NCBI GenBank assembly: GCA_051362555.1
Contig: CM120643.1
Span: 24,246,848 to 24,310,847, forward strand
Direction of reading: 5' to 3'
DNA length: 64,000 nt
Source of the DNA: Lingula anatina
Taxonomy: Eukaryota; Animalia; Brachiopoda
Below, in pieces: positions 20,528-34,700 of this stretch. The notes below the pieces were generated by a model. The model saw only the letters and a list, made by a program, of their open reading frames with translations. It made no database searches and was not told the DNA's origin. Both the position numbers and the translations under genes were made by a program. Positions within the stretch are counted from its first letter, which is position 1. Every line of letters begins with the position of its first letter.

Positions 20528-21451
20528 AAGTATTGATTGGTAAAATGACAAATCAGAATGGAAAATTCTGGTGATCGCGCAGAAGTCATTGTAACGAAAA
20601 CAAGTAAATGTGTTCTCGGTTCAGAGAAATAGGTGTAAATACTCTTGTATGAAAAGTTAGTCGTTGAATAAACGTAAGAAAGCGGGTTGTCGTCGTCGTC
20701 ACTATTTAAAAAACACTATTGATTTTTAGCTATAAACAGACATTATTCATTAAAAATCTTGAATAGTGTTCACTTTTTTGTTTATAACTTTTACTGTAAA
20801 CAGCATTAAATAGCACGTATATGGTGGTTTTTAAAGAAATTGATAGTTCAGAATAAATATTAGAATTTCAACAATAGCAAAACGTGCGCGGACTGGAGTG
20901 GCTTGACTTAAAAATCACAGCGTTATAAAACTGAACACGTCGTACGGACAAAAAGCGACGCTAAAATCACGATTTTGGCTAATTTTAATAAGTTAAACTC
21001 ATCTTATTCAGACTGTTGTGTGCTACACGTAGGCCTACATCTAACTAAAATCACGTAGATCTAGATTCTGTGCAAAAGCGTTCCCGTATGAAACATTCGT
21101 TTTTCGTTCTTGATTATATGCAGACCTCTACACGTCTGTTAGACTTTTCTTTTGACATACGTTAGTGTTTCACAAATAGGGGCTCATGCATTGAAAATTT
21201 ACAAAAATAGGAGGAAAAGGTAGAATGAGTTTGGCCCATGTACAATATTTTTAGAATATCTACACAACACTTGACGACGTAGACTAATAAATACTACATT
21301 ATGTAAACGTCACGATGTCACGCATTAAAAATCACGCGCGACAGGCAGATAGAACGGGAATGACGTAAACGTCACTCGAACGTTGCGCGTGTTTCTAGCA
21401 TTTGAGAAAACTCCATCACAGAAACCGTTATGATTTGCCAAAACAACATTG

Positions 21452-22475
21452 ATGAATGGAGACGATTATGCCGAAGAATCCGCAGGACTCGGAATTAATA
21501 ATGTCTTGTTTATGATTTTGATAAGTCTTTTTCTAGTTTGGTATATTTTTTTAAGAAAAAATCAGGGAACAGAAGATATGGAACGAACTCTTCCTACTCT
21601 TCCTAAAGCGATTCAAGAGCAATTCAAAAAGTTGATTTTGTGTAAACATGGCAACAACAAATACCAGTGCAAATCGGGATGTGCAATTCGAGAACTAAGG
21701 GACTTGATTTTTAGTCAACCAAAGAAAGATGTGACAGGCATGACCTTGGAGGAGAGATCTCGTCTTCTGCTGGATGAGTTATTCAACGAGAGAAATAATG
21801 CCAACATAGATCTCTTGTTGAGGAGGGAAATAGACGAACTGGTTGGTATAAAGTAACTGGTCTGTTTATTCTTACCTTACCTTAACATTATAGCCTGTCG
21901 TGATAGAGTTTTTAACACATTCAAGAAAAAATTAATTAAGGAGTTTTATTGCTAACAACTGACCATTTTATTATGGTTGATTCTTAATATCCCTGGTAAC
22001 ATTGTTTTCCTCGTCATATCTACATAGGAAAAATTCTGTGAGGTCTGTGTCTCATTTTAACTATTTTTAACAAAATTATGGGCTCATAGTAGCAAAAAAC
22101 CTTAACTGTGGGTAAGAGATACTAAAGAGTGGGTGAACTACCGGTTACCCTATTCAGTTCCCAAAATTTAGAGAAAAGGCATGACATGGTTATGTCGTAG
22201 TGAATTTAATTCTAAAACTGGCATGAAATGCGTTTTTGAGTCACTTCATTACCTTCTTTTTCTCAATCGCTGAATTCTGCACACCAAGCTTTTCCACGCT
22301 TTTCTGTAGTGTGCCATAGCCTGAGTTTGAAAAAGCTCATGCCTGTCTATTCTTTAATGTTTCTTATGACTGCCTTTATAGCTCACTCCTTCAATTGTGA
22401 ATAAATTTTAATCATTCCAAAACTATCATTGTTAATAATTAAAACTGGAATCATTAAATTTGCGCTGCGTGGAAA

Positions 22476-22514
<39 letters not shown>

Positions 22515-22669
22515 ATCGCGTCACCATGCCTTTTCAGCTGGGTATTCCGCCTCTTCTTGTGGTCAGCTCGTTTGGTCACTTGGTGGGATTGAAAGCGTTA
22601 ATAGCAGCAGGAGCGGACGTTAACACTCGCAGCAAAACGGTAAGGAACGGCCGATCTTTTTCTGATCTG

Positions 22670-22761
<92 letters not shown>

Positions 22762-25700
22762 TTTTTTTTATTCACAAAAAGACAAACAAAAATACATATG
22801 TAGACACACACACTAACACACACACACACACACACAATAACACACACAAGACATTCATTATACATTAAGTAAACATGTAGATAGCCGGACTACGTACGAA
22901 ACAGTATATTACAAGTGATGCTGCACATAGCAAGATACCAACATTTTACATTTCACATAAGAAATTAGCGAAAAAGTAAGGTAAATTTATAAGTGGAGAA
23001 ACTAGTCAAAAATAGAATCCCAGGTTCTCCACTCTGTAAGAAAATGGCCTAATTGAAGATTTTTTTGAGAAACATATTTTTCTAATTCGAATTTTGTTTT
23101 GATATATAAGAGAAGGGAAGGGAAGGTCGGCTGCATTTTTCTTTTAAAACAAGTATATATATATAAAATTTGGAGACAAGAATAATGTAATTTAGAGGCT
23201 TGAAATTTGTTTTGGATACTCCAAAAAGTATATTTTCATCATAGAGTGTAATTCTTTCATCAGTTTTGTTAGCAATCAAGCGTTCCATTTCAGTCCAAAT
23301 GTTTCTTATTCGATAGCAATTTAAAAATACATGTCGCAAATCTTCCCTCTCCGCTCCACAGATAAAGCATTTCTCTGACACCTCAATACCGATTCTTTTC
23401 AGGTATGACCTAACTGGTAAGATTCTAAAAATTATTCTGTATTGGAACCATTGAAGTTTTGTTTCTCGTGTAACATAGAAACAATTCTCGTAAACATACT
23501 TCCAAGTGATATTTATATTTAGATCTAGGTTCCATTTCCTTTCGTGTACCAAGTTTTCAGGAGCTTCACTCATGAGAACCTGATAGAAATCTTTACACCC
23601 ATTTCGACTCTTTAAAAGTAGCTGAACCGGCTGAGGAACATAAGGAAATAAAATATCTTCAAAAACTTCTTCATTGTTCTTTTCTTTTAGCCTACATTTT
23701 AAACTGTTACGTATTCCAAAATATTTTAGATCACATACTCTTTGAAATCCAAATTTCCTTTCCAGTTCAGCTTTGGTTAAAAATTTTCCTTCGTTGAAAA
23801 GATCGCCAATTATTCTTATACCCTTATTGTACCATTCTTTGTCCAATATTGATACCCCACCCAATTTTACTTTTCTATTATACCACAGAGGTTCAAGAGC
23901 AATATTGCTATTCATATCTTCTATACCGTATGTTAAATCTTTCCAGGAGATAATGACATCTTTCCAAAACCTGTTATTGCAATTGCGTAAGAGTATATCT
24001 AAATAATCATTTCCATAGTCAAATATATTCCAAATATATTGTAAATCAAAGGTGCTCTGGAGAATAGTGTTATAAACGTTATTTTTAAGGTATAGTCTTC
24101 TTATCCATGTACATTTTAATGCCGTTATGAATTTACTTAAGTCTGTCATTTTTAGGCCACCATATTCATAATCCTTTACTATCTGACCTCTCTTTACCTT
24201 ATCAATTTTGCTACCCCAAATGAATTGGAAAAAAATGGAACTTAGTTTTTTTATGAATACTGGATCTGGATTTGGCAGAAAAATGAAAAGATGGTTCAGC
24301 ATTGGGATGATAAGGGTTTTTAAGATAGTAATTCTACCAATAGGGGTAAGTATTCTTCTATTCCAATGCCGAATCATACCCTCTATCTTCGGGATTTGTT
24401 TATCAAAGTTTAAAGTGACCATATCGTTTAAATTTACCGAGAATTCTATACCTAAGAGATTAAATTGAGTCGAACCCCAATCAAGTTTCCATCTAACGTG
24501 GTGAAAAACTTCCCGACTATATTTTCTTGAGCCAATCCACACTGGTTTAGTCTTGCTATTGTTGATATGGAGACCTGAAATTTTTGAGAAATAGTCTAAT
24601 GTATGGAAAGATTCTAAGAAAGAAGACCTATTACCATCTAATATAAGGGTGGTGTCATCAGCATACTGGGTTATTTTAAATTCGGTGTCACCAAGTTTTA
24701 TTCCGCAAATATCTTTATTATTCTTTATCATGATTGCGAGAATCTCAGCACAAAGCAGAAAGATATAGGGAGACAAGGGGTCCCCTTGACGACAGCCCCT
24801 CGAAATTTTGAAAGGCTCCGACAAGTGGCCGTTTTGTGTAACAGAGGCCTTGCTATCGTAATTAAGGATATGAAACCACCTTTTTATAGTTTCCCCAAAA
24901 TTAAAAAAGTCTAAAAATTTATCAATAAAGCCCCAATCTACAGAATCAAAGGCCTTTTCAAAATCGATAAGAATGAGTAAAGCAGGAATATTTTTCTTTT
25001 CTGCGATATGCATTAGATCATAAATTAATCTTGTATTTTCCCCAATATATCTTCCGGCAATAAACCCGGACTGAGAATTAGAAATAATTTTATCAAGATA
25101 GAGTTTCATTCTTTCCGCTATGCAGCCCGAGATCATCTTGTAAATAACATTTAAAAGGGTTATAGGCCTCCAATTTTTTATAAATTTTCTGATTTTATCG
25201 GCTTTTGGAATACAGGTAATAATCCCAAGATTTTGACTCGCCATCATTTTCTCATTGATGAAAATTTCATTAACTGCTCTATTTATAAAACTATGTAAAT
25301 CATTCCAAAAAAATTTATAAAACTCTGCAGTAAAGCCATCAGATCCAGGCGATTTGTTATTTTTCATTTTTTTCAGCACCCTCAAAAGTTCCTTTGAGGT
25401 AATTTCGGTTTGTAAATATTCCTTATCAGGCTCGCTTAATTTGGGGACATCTAAATTTGCAAAAAATAATTCTAGGTCTACCTCTTCTAATTGATTAGTT
25501 TTTGACGAGTAAAGGCGTTCATAAAATAACTTTGCTTCATTTAGTATAAGTTTTTGATCAAATATTGTTGTTCCGTCTGGTAGTTCTAAATTCTGAATAG
25601 TTTTATTGACATAATTTCTGGATTCAAGTGAACAAAAATATTTCGTAGGCTTCTCTCCTTCCTCAATCCATCTGCATTTTGCTCGGACGAGGACTCCTTT

Positions 25701-28700
25701 TAGTTTTTCTTGTCTGATATTTTTCAACGCCTCCCTCTTAGCCTCAAGTTCGTCCAAAGAATTTTCATTTGGGTGGTTCATTTCCATTACATAAATTTCT
25801 CTTTCTAGTTCTAATTCTTGCCTGTCCCTTTGTTTTTTCTTGAAAGAGGAATGGGAAATTGTCATTCCTCTAATTTCCATTAAAAGCATTTCTAAAAATA
25901 AGGAGTCATCAATAGTGAAAGATATTTGTTCGTTTGGAATTTCTGTAATATTTTCTTCGGCGTACACCGGAACTGCATATTGAACTTTTGTTCTCTTAAT
26001 TATGTCCTTCACTTTACTCACATATTCCTCATCTTTTAAGAGGGAACTGTTAAATACCCAAGTGCCTTTGCCCTTAATAAATTTATTTAGCTTTAATTCT
26101 AATTCTGTATAATATTTTTAGCTGCTTGCGTAGATACACATCTATGACATATTGATGAATACAACTCACTGGCTACTGCCTTACTGAAAATACAAACGAT
26201 CTTCCTTGCCACTGTGTTCTGATTAAAATGTTGGTAAGGACCAAGATTACAGTGAGTAGGGCCTATTTTTGAGACGGGTCTACATTGCGTCATTTTTATT
26301 TCCTTTCAGTTTAATGCGTTCATATTTGCTGAATGACTACATAATTGTTCTTCTTTATTTGCACGTAATTGCATGGAAAACAGGGTTGCGCAGTTATGTG
26401 AAATCCCATCTGAATGTCTTCATTTTCACCGTTACTGGGATACTTCATTTTATATCGATTAATTCAATTTGTTTACTTATTTCATGCACTAACCAGGATG
26501 GGAGCTCCGCGCTCATTCACGCTGTTAAATGTGGCAACCCGACAGTTATGCAGGAACTTTTGCAACATGGTGCCGATCCTTCATTTGAAGATAACGTAAG
26601 TTACACTTTACCATTTTCGAAGACAATAGTCTTTGGATCTTATAGTATAGGCCTTGTGTAATAAACACTTTTACTTGTGTAAGTTATGAATTGGATACTT
26701 TAATTCGAATGTTATACTCTTAACTACAAGTTGGGCGAGTTTCGATCACCTCCACCTTTCCTCCTACATCATTTTCCCCAAGTTTTTTTTTATCCATGGT
26801 CATTAGTTTTTTGGGGTGATTGGGTCTTTTCCAGGAAGGCATGAACCCCCTCATGGTGGCAGTAATGAAGAAAGACTCGGGGCCGGTGAACGTTCTGTGG
26901 CAGTACAAACACAAACTGGATATCAACCGATCTAATAAGGTGACAGCGCATATCAAACATTTTTATTAAGACGAATTTATATATATATTAAACAGTAAGA
27001 TAATTTGGTAAATATAAACCACATATCTAACACTCTTCAGTCTATCAGCAGAATCCGGTTTGCGCTGACTGTTTGATAAATAACAAACCACAAGTTATTT
27101 GCCAAATGATGTTGACTGAATGTTTTCCGTTTGCCTCTGCTTTCAGCTTTGGCTGTCCACCGTCAAATATTGTTAAATTAAATCAGAGTCAGATATTCAT
27201 AACTTCTTCATCTTATTGAAATCTAAGGGATAAAACGTTGATAAACCAAACACATTCAGATAGTGGTATTTTGTAAATATTTTCTGATTCAAATCCTCGA
27301 GGATAAGCCGTGGATTAGACATTACCAGTATCCATAATGATATTTTCAGAGAGGCTACACGGTGTTGATGATCGCCGCAGACAAGAACTGGGAGAGCTGT
27401 GTCAACATGCTGATATCCGCGGGCGCCGACAAACACAAGCAGGCCAACGTAAGTGCGGGCGGGATGATGATGATGATTGCTTTATTTTCCCAGATAGTCC
27501 TTAATTTGCTTTCAGTGAGATTTTATTTAATTCAGTTATTTATTTAATTTCCTTTTTATATATTACAGTGCAAAATTTTAGCATCTGTGTTGATTGGACG
27601 AAAAAAGTTCTGCAATGAATATCACTTGCAATGATAATTTGACAACTGTAATTAAATAAATTCTTATTTGCCGTGGTTGATTCTTACAGGACGGATCTAC
27701 TGCCCTGATGCTTGCAGCCGTGCATACTGACAACATCAAGACAGTGGAGAAATTGGTGGCAGCGGGCACCAACCTTCTTCAGGAGGATTTCGTAAGTCTC
27801 CGCCCCACCTGCTCCCTCTCTCTCTCTCTCTCTCTCTGTTCATGTGTGTTTGGCGAAGAGAGAAAAATAAACAGAATTCCCAGTGTAATGTAGTGTAATA
27901 CATCTTTTTAGAAGTCTTAGATTTGTTGCAGATCTGATAAATAGGATCTGATTAAATAAAGTTTCATGAAGCCTCGATTCTGAACTTGCACCCAATTAAG
28001 AACAATGGTTCCAAGCCGACCAAAGACATTTTTTAAAATATGACCTCAAATTATGATTCGGTATAACATACATCCAGACTTTGAGTTTTTTATTTGATGT
28101 GAACAGATCGGCCGCACGGCTATATGCAGGGCAATTCTTAGCGAGCTAACAAATGCATCAATTGGTGGGAACAACAAAGTCGGCACAGAGACCAAGGCGG
28201 CCGAGTATCTGCTGAGTAAGCTGACCAGTGCCATGAGGGAGAAATACATCGGGGTAGGTCTGCCACTGAAAAGTGATATAGATTTCTAATTAGCCAATTG
28301 GCAATTGACCGCGCTAGGAATTGTGTGTAGCACACGAATTAGGAAATGTAGATTGTTTTATATGAGCTTCACTTTCATCGTCGGCGTAAAGTTGTATTCT
28401 GCATTTTTACGATTCCAGATAAAATTTAAAAAAAAAAAAGTGCCAAGAAAGGTGCCAAAATATTGAAATATTGAAAAATAAGAATGAATTTTTGAATGTT
28501 CGGTTAGGTTGTTACATGTATATCTGACAATCACCTTGCCGTAATCGCCAGTTGGCTTACCCTTATGATATCTTGATATTCAATGATTATTTATCTATTA
28601 TACAACCGTGGACTTTTTAAACACTATACTTACGTAGGGGAGAGCGGGGTTGGTTGGAACAGTTTTCACCTTTTTTGCGATATCTCAGCAGTCAAAGCTT

Positions 28701-31700
28701 TGGGGACAAAAATAAAAAATCTGATAGGGGAAAATTATATGCCGCACTTATCTATGAAATAAAACATCAAGTAGGTCTTTTTATTTTAGAGTAATAAATG
28801 CTCAAAGTTGGCTCCTAAAACGTTCCATCTCACCCCACCCGCGGGGTCAGTTGGAACAGGCAGTGGGGTGAGTTGGAACAAGAGGGCGAGTTGGAACGCT
28901 TGCATATAAATTCAAAGTATAATTCATTTTAAGAGTAGTTTTATCTATATTAATTTCCCAACAAGTACGTGTTACTTTGTATTCGTATCTCCATAGTTTG
29001 TAAGCATTTTTTACTTTTACAATTTGCTTTCAAATAGTCTTTTCGATGTATAAACCATATCCAGTTACACTTCATTTCATAATGATAACAAAAGTGGTGT
29101 AGTTTAAGAGAAAAGAAATTGAACTCCTATAACTCAACCTATTAACAACAGTATGTTAGACCTACAAATGAAAACTGTATCTCTTTCAACTCAACAACTC
29201 AGAATCAAAATTGCAGTTCTGACATATGTAGGCCCTACACTTGGTCAACCTTTGTACAGTCTTCATGTGACCACTTTAGACAAACAATGCATTTAACCCA
29301 ATGCTCTTTTGGTCGGCTGTTAATGAACGGCTCCCCACAAACCAGACATGGCCACTCTTCTTCTGACTCAGAATCGCTGGTCATCTTTAATTTCCCTTTT
29401 CTTGATTTTCTCTATCGACTAGAAATCTTAAACTGTTTTTTATTTTTGTTGCGCTTGTCCTTTTTAATTTTGTTGGGCTTGGCCTTTTCTTTTTCGAGTA
29501 GCTCATTTTCAGGTGTGTCAGTTAGTACTGCACTGCATCGTTTTCTTCTTTTAATCTTTGGAATGCGACGGTGAGCCTTTGGAAAGGGTCTAATTATTGC
29601 TGGACTTGAGCTGTTTGGGGTTTTTCTTAAGTGAGCTTTAGTGTGCTGTAGCACCTCTTCCGGTGAGGGCAACTGAGATTTCAACTGAATCTTTGTCTAA
29701 GTTACCAGGTGAATGTTTGTCTTTTCTGGCGGATTTTGTACCGTCGTTCACTAAACATTAACAGCAACCCCCAATCCATTACACAAAACATTTAAAACCA
29801 CATCGGCAGAATTGGTGTTGTATAGTTTATCCATAACATAGGCTCTCAGCTAGAATATTTTCATTTTGCCGCGAAAAGCAGAGTAATAATCAACATTTCC
29901 TTCCACATCTAAAAGCAATTTATCGCAAAAAGCAACAGTGGGCATGCAGACCCCTTTAGACCAAATAGCTAGGAACTGCATTTAACAAGCAATGACCCCC
30001 CCCCCCCCTTGTATCTTCTACACGCATGTACATTCCGGCATCTTGGAGATGTTCTATCAGCTAGATTCCGTCTCCAGTTGGAGTTGTACTGGGTTACTAC
30101 GTTACTACTCTCTTCAAAGTTGAAATTAAAACATTTAGAGAGGTTTAAAAAATGAAAAACACCGTGCGGGGTGGGTTGGAACACCCCTGACAGTGTTCCA
30201 ACTGGCCCCATGTCAAATGTTCCGACCAGCCCCCATGACGTCATGGCCTACTTATGACACTGTATTTCTTTAACACGTGGGAAGTGATTAAAAAAAACAA
30301 CAGCCTTTTGAACATCAAGGTGGTCCTAATCGCTATGCACAATTTCAGTGATATAATCCTTATACTTAAGTTTACAGTACGATGAATGTCAAAAATATGA
30401 AAACTTACTTCGAGTAGCGAAAATAAGTTTTTTTCGCATAAAACTTTTACTGCATTTTCGAAACTTCCACAAGTTTACCGGATGAATGACCATGCCACGT
30501 GACATTTTTATGCTGAAGGAGCACATGATCGGTCTTGTGATTTAAGAAATAAAGCCAATGTTCCAACTTACCCGCGTTCCAACCCACCCCGCTCTCCCCT
30601 ACTAGACCCATTGCTTTGAAACATAAGGAGTCGGGAGAGTCAGGTCTTTCACCAATAATACATTATATGTACGTAACGGACGTGTTCACAAAGGTATACA
30701 TCTTCTCCTTAGCAAACACTTTAAGGCACAGTGACACAATAAAGGCATGCTGTAAACGCATCCATTATTTGATATTGTCTAGAATGCAGTTTTAAAGCAT
30801 ACACACTAACCTACCACATTGTGACCTTAATCAGAGGCGGGTCCAGCTAATCAGGGACGTACCAAAGGCCTCCAAGCTCGCTCCGGAAGAATACTATTGC
30901 AGCACCCTCTTCCCCGTGCTGGCCTGCCTGACCAATAACAACACCAACAAGGACAACTTCTACCGCCATAAAGTGATCGTTGACCTCGTGCACGTCATCA
31001 ACACCTTTACGTCGTCCGAGGAGATTTGCGAGTCGGCGTGTTACATGATGTGCTCCCTGATGAACGACCCCGAGGCGGAGAACTCTCAGGTCAGCAGGGG
31101 GGTCCAGTGCAGGTTCGTCCAGCAGTTTGTCCAGTGCCGCGGCCCGGAGGCGTGCCTGAAAATTCTCGACGTGTTCGTGAACAGCGGGAAGTGGGGCGAC
31201 AGCAGCGCTGTGGGCGCTTTCCTCACGATAACCTTTGCCTCCGAGATCCCCGAGGGCCTCAAGTGGCTCCGAAAAAAGTACTACCTCCTTGCGCCCCATG
31301 TCACGAAGTTCGAGGAGTTGGTGAAAGCGGCGAGTTTTACCGAGTCGGAACTGAAGCTGGTTGAGCTGATTTGGTACAGGTTTAAGGACATCTTCAATTA
31401 CGTGGCGAAAGAACGATCGGAGGTTGTCTGCAAAGAACTGCTGGCCATGGAAACGGCAAGGCGAAAGAAGAAGAAGAAAAAGAAGAAGAAAGATAAAACT
31501 AAGCTAGACGACGACGATGATGATATTGCCCGCAGGAATCAGGAACGTCATGGAGATGCGGATGTGAGTTATCTGGAAGTGTCTCAAGATGATCTGGGCT
31601 CGAGCACAATACCAATGCCTCTCTATTGGGATCTACACATGCATGCTGATGGAAGCCGTCGCCCTGTTAATTTCGGCGACACCACGACGATTGTGACAAC

Positions 31701-34700
31701 CATCCTTGCCGGCGAGGACCGCGAGCTGGATGATGATGGGACGAAGATGTTTACTGGTACCCACGCGGCTCTTAAGTGCCAAACAGGAACCGTTTCCAAG
31801 AGCAGCGACCAACTGCATAGACCAGGGAAAGGACTTGCCAAATGTGGCACAGATAAAACGAATCTGGCACCTGACTCCCAGCACAACAAGTCCCATGAAT
31901 TGAACACAGCAACACGCCATGCGAAAATAAACGAGAGTGGTAAAGGGGAAAATTTTGACAAAATCACGTCAATGTTTCAAGTAAAGGCAGGTGGTGCAAC
32001 TGAACCTCTGGAGGTCATAGATACTAAGCAAGATCAGGAATCTGAAGAAGAATGTGTTGATGCAAGTACTGTAGATTACACTTCTGAGCCGGAAGAAAAC
32101 AGCAGAGCTAACAATAATGGCGGTGGCGGTTTTATGAAAATGTTGTGTTCCATCAAGGACTTTTTCAAAGGGGAAAAACAACCAAAAGAAAACGCACCGA
32201 AAAACAAATTACTTAAGCCCGGTAAATCTACAGAACGCTTGCATGATGAGCCACGAACACCAGGGAAAAAGGCCGAGAAGGTCAAATGCAAGGGTAAAAA
32301 CAAACATTCAGAGGAGACGGCTAAGGGAGGACGCTTACATATAGTTGATAAACAAGATGTTAGCAAGGGGGGAGAACAGCTAATACCTGCCGAAAATAAG
32401 GAAGCAAAGTTGAAAGGGATTAAGTCAGAAATATCACAAGAAAGGAAAGTGGGCTACAAAACAGAAGAGGAAATGAAGACTGAAGAGGTAAAACACGAAA
32501 AACAATACCCCAAGAAAGCGGAGGTCAAAACTGAAAAACAAGTCGCAAAGAAGGTAGACGTAAGCACAGAAGAACCACACTGGAAAAAGGAAGCGAATTC
32601 ATACGCTTCCAAGGTAGCCATGCGCAACAACTCCGAGACTCCTTTGACGCCAGATAAACCTCCGAAGTCGGGAGCCAGCCCTGGCAACCGTCAGGATCCA
32701 TCCCATAAAGAACGAGAGGGAGAAATTGCTGGAGATACAAAACAACCGCAATTGCAGCAAACCCCCTACAACATGGTGTCTAATATACCTCGAAGATACA
32801 TAGGACCCTCACGTCTTCCCGCAAGCCAATTTCCCTATACATTAGGCCGTTGGCCTTACCCTCCTTCAGGATCATCCAATAACATGGACGAGAAAGCTCA
32901 AAGAGTGCGACAGTATTTTACGACCGGCCAAGCTAGTAATAAGACCGAGGATAATGCCAAACATGCACAGCCAGCATCTTCTAAACCGCAGATGACAACT
33001 AATACAACAGCACATCAGGACGGACAAAACACCGCTGGTGGTAACCAAAGCCCTTTGAAAACTGGTTGTTCTTCACAACAAACATCTGCACCAGTGCACG
33101 CAGCCAAGAAAAATGTTCAAAGTAAAGACCAGCCTTCGCGGATCCCGCTTCCTGTGCAAGGCGATAAAAAGCAAACAACTCCAGCGAGGACGGAGACAAC
33201 ACAGGCAACCGTTAAAGAGACCAAACAAGAATCTGTCCGACCGAAAACGGAATACACTGACAACATTCAAAATAGAAAGATTCTAAAAGCTACTCGGAAG
33301 TTGAACCGCGATGAAAATGAGCAAGAAACTCAAGGCGATAAAACCCAAGGCGTGCCAAGTTCTTTACAAGGACAGGAATACAAAGAAAGCTTAGATTTGG
33401 ATAGCAAAGTAAACCCTGACGACGATAACAATATCGGTGAGGAGAAGGAAGAAAAAAACGAGTGTCAGCTCAAAGCAGAAGCTAACGAAAGTGGTGCAAG
33501 CAGTAGCATAGATAACAGCGATATTGCTTGGCTTTTGGCGGGAAAGCCGCCACGTCCACGAGAACCAAGCAAAAATGCAAAACTTATGATGAAGAAGTCG
33601 GACAAAAGAGAAAAACGTCGCATTAAGAAAGAAAATCAGAGGATCAAAAAGCAGATGATGAGGCTGACGGACGCGGAACTCGCTGAGATAAAACAGTGTG
33701 CAGAAGAGGGATTGGAACAGAACAAAGCCAAGAATGAAAATGCCCAACCAGCTCGGGATGAGAAAGAAAAACATGCCGAGAAGACCGACGTCGAGCCCGC
33801 AGCTGTTGGTATGGTGACATGTGAAGCGGGAAAGAAAGTTTCAACAAAACCAAAGGAAAAAAACGATTCCAAGAGCGCAACCATCTATCTCAAAGGAAAT
33901 ACTTACGTGAAAGAGAAGGAGCGAGTCCAGAGTCACAGCGGACACAAGACCTTTGCAATTGATGGAATCGAAGACCTTAAGCCTGGCTATCCGGGTTATC
34001 TCTTTGATGGTTACAGGAGATGGTACTTGACTGGCAATAATGAATATAAATACGTGAGGCCCTCCAGGCAACAGCGTCGACGAGCTTTTGGAATTGGACC
34101 AAACAGTAAGCCATCTCATCACAGAGAACCGTACACACCAACCAAGTGTGACATTGGAGAAACATCAACTGGTGGCGCGGATGACACTGGAAACACCACA
34201 GAAGACATAGACAGAACAGGCCGATTGTCACCCAGTGCTTCCCAAATGTGCAAACGCAGAGCAGAACAGCAACAACAGAAATCCAGTGTGAGTGACGAGT
34301 ACGGTAATAAACCCACAGCAGACACAAGGAGAGCCGGATTTTGCGTGGAAGATTTACAACATCTACGTGATGAGAAAATAGTTGCTCCGTTGAAACAGAG
34401 GTACGGAGGCGGTAACAACAAAAAGAAGGACAAGAAGTTGAAGAAGAAAGGAAAGAACAAATTTACACCGGTATTTGAAGGTCCACTGGAGTCAAATTTG
34501 AAAGGAAGCCAGATCGCGCATGCATCAGGGGATAGATCATCTCAGACAAAGCTGTCGTTTTCTATGGACGACTCCAGTGTAATAATGTACAATCCAGACA
34601 TCCCTATTACTCATATGGAAGGAGAGATCATGGCCGTTCAAACGGCGGCTGAGCTCGGAATTTTGAGCGACATTGACGACAGTCGCACCAGTCTTTACAC

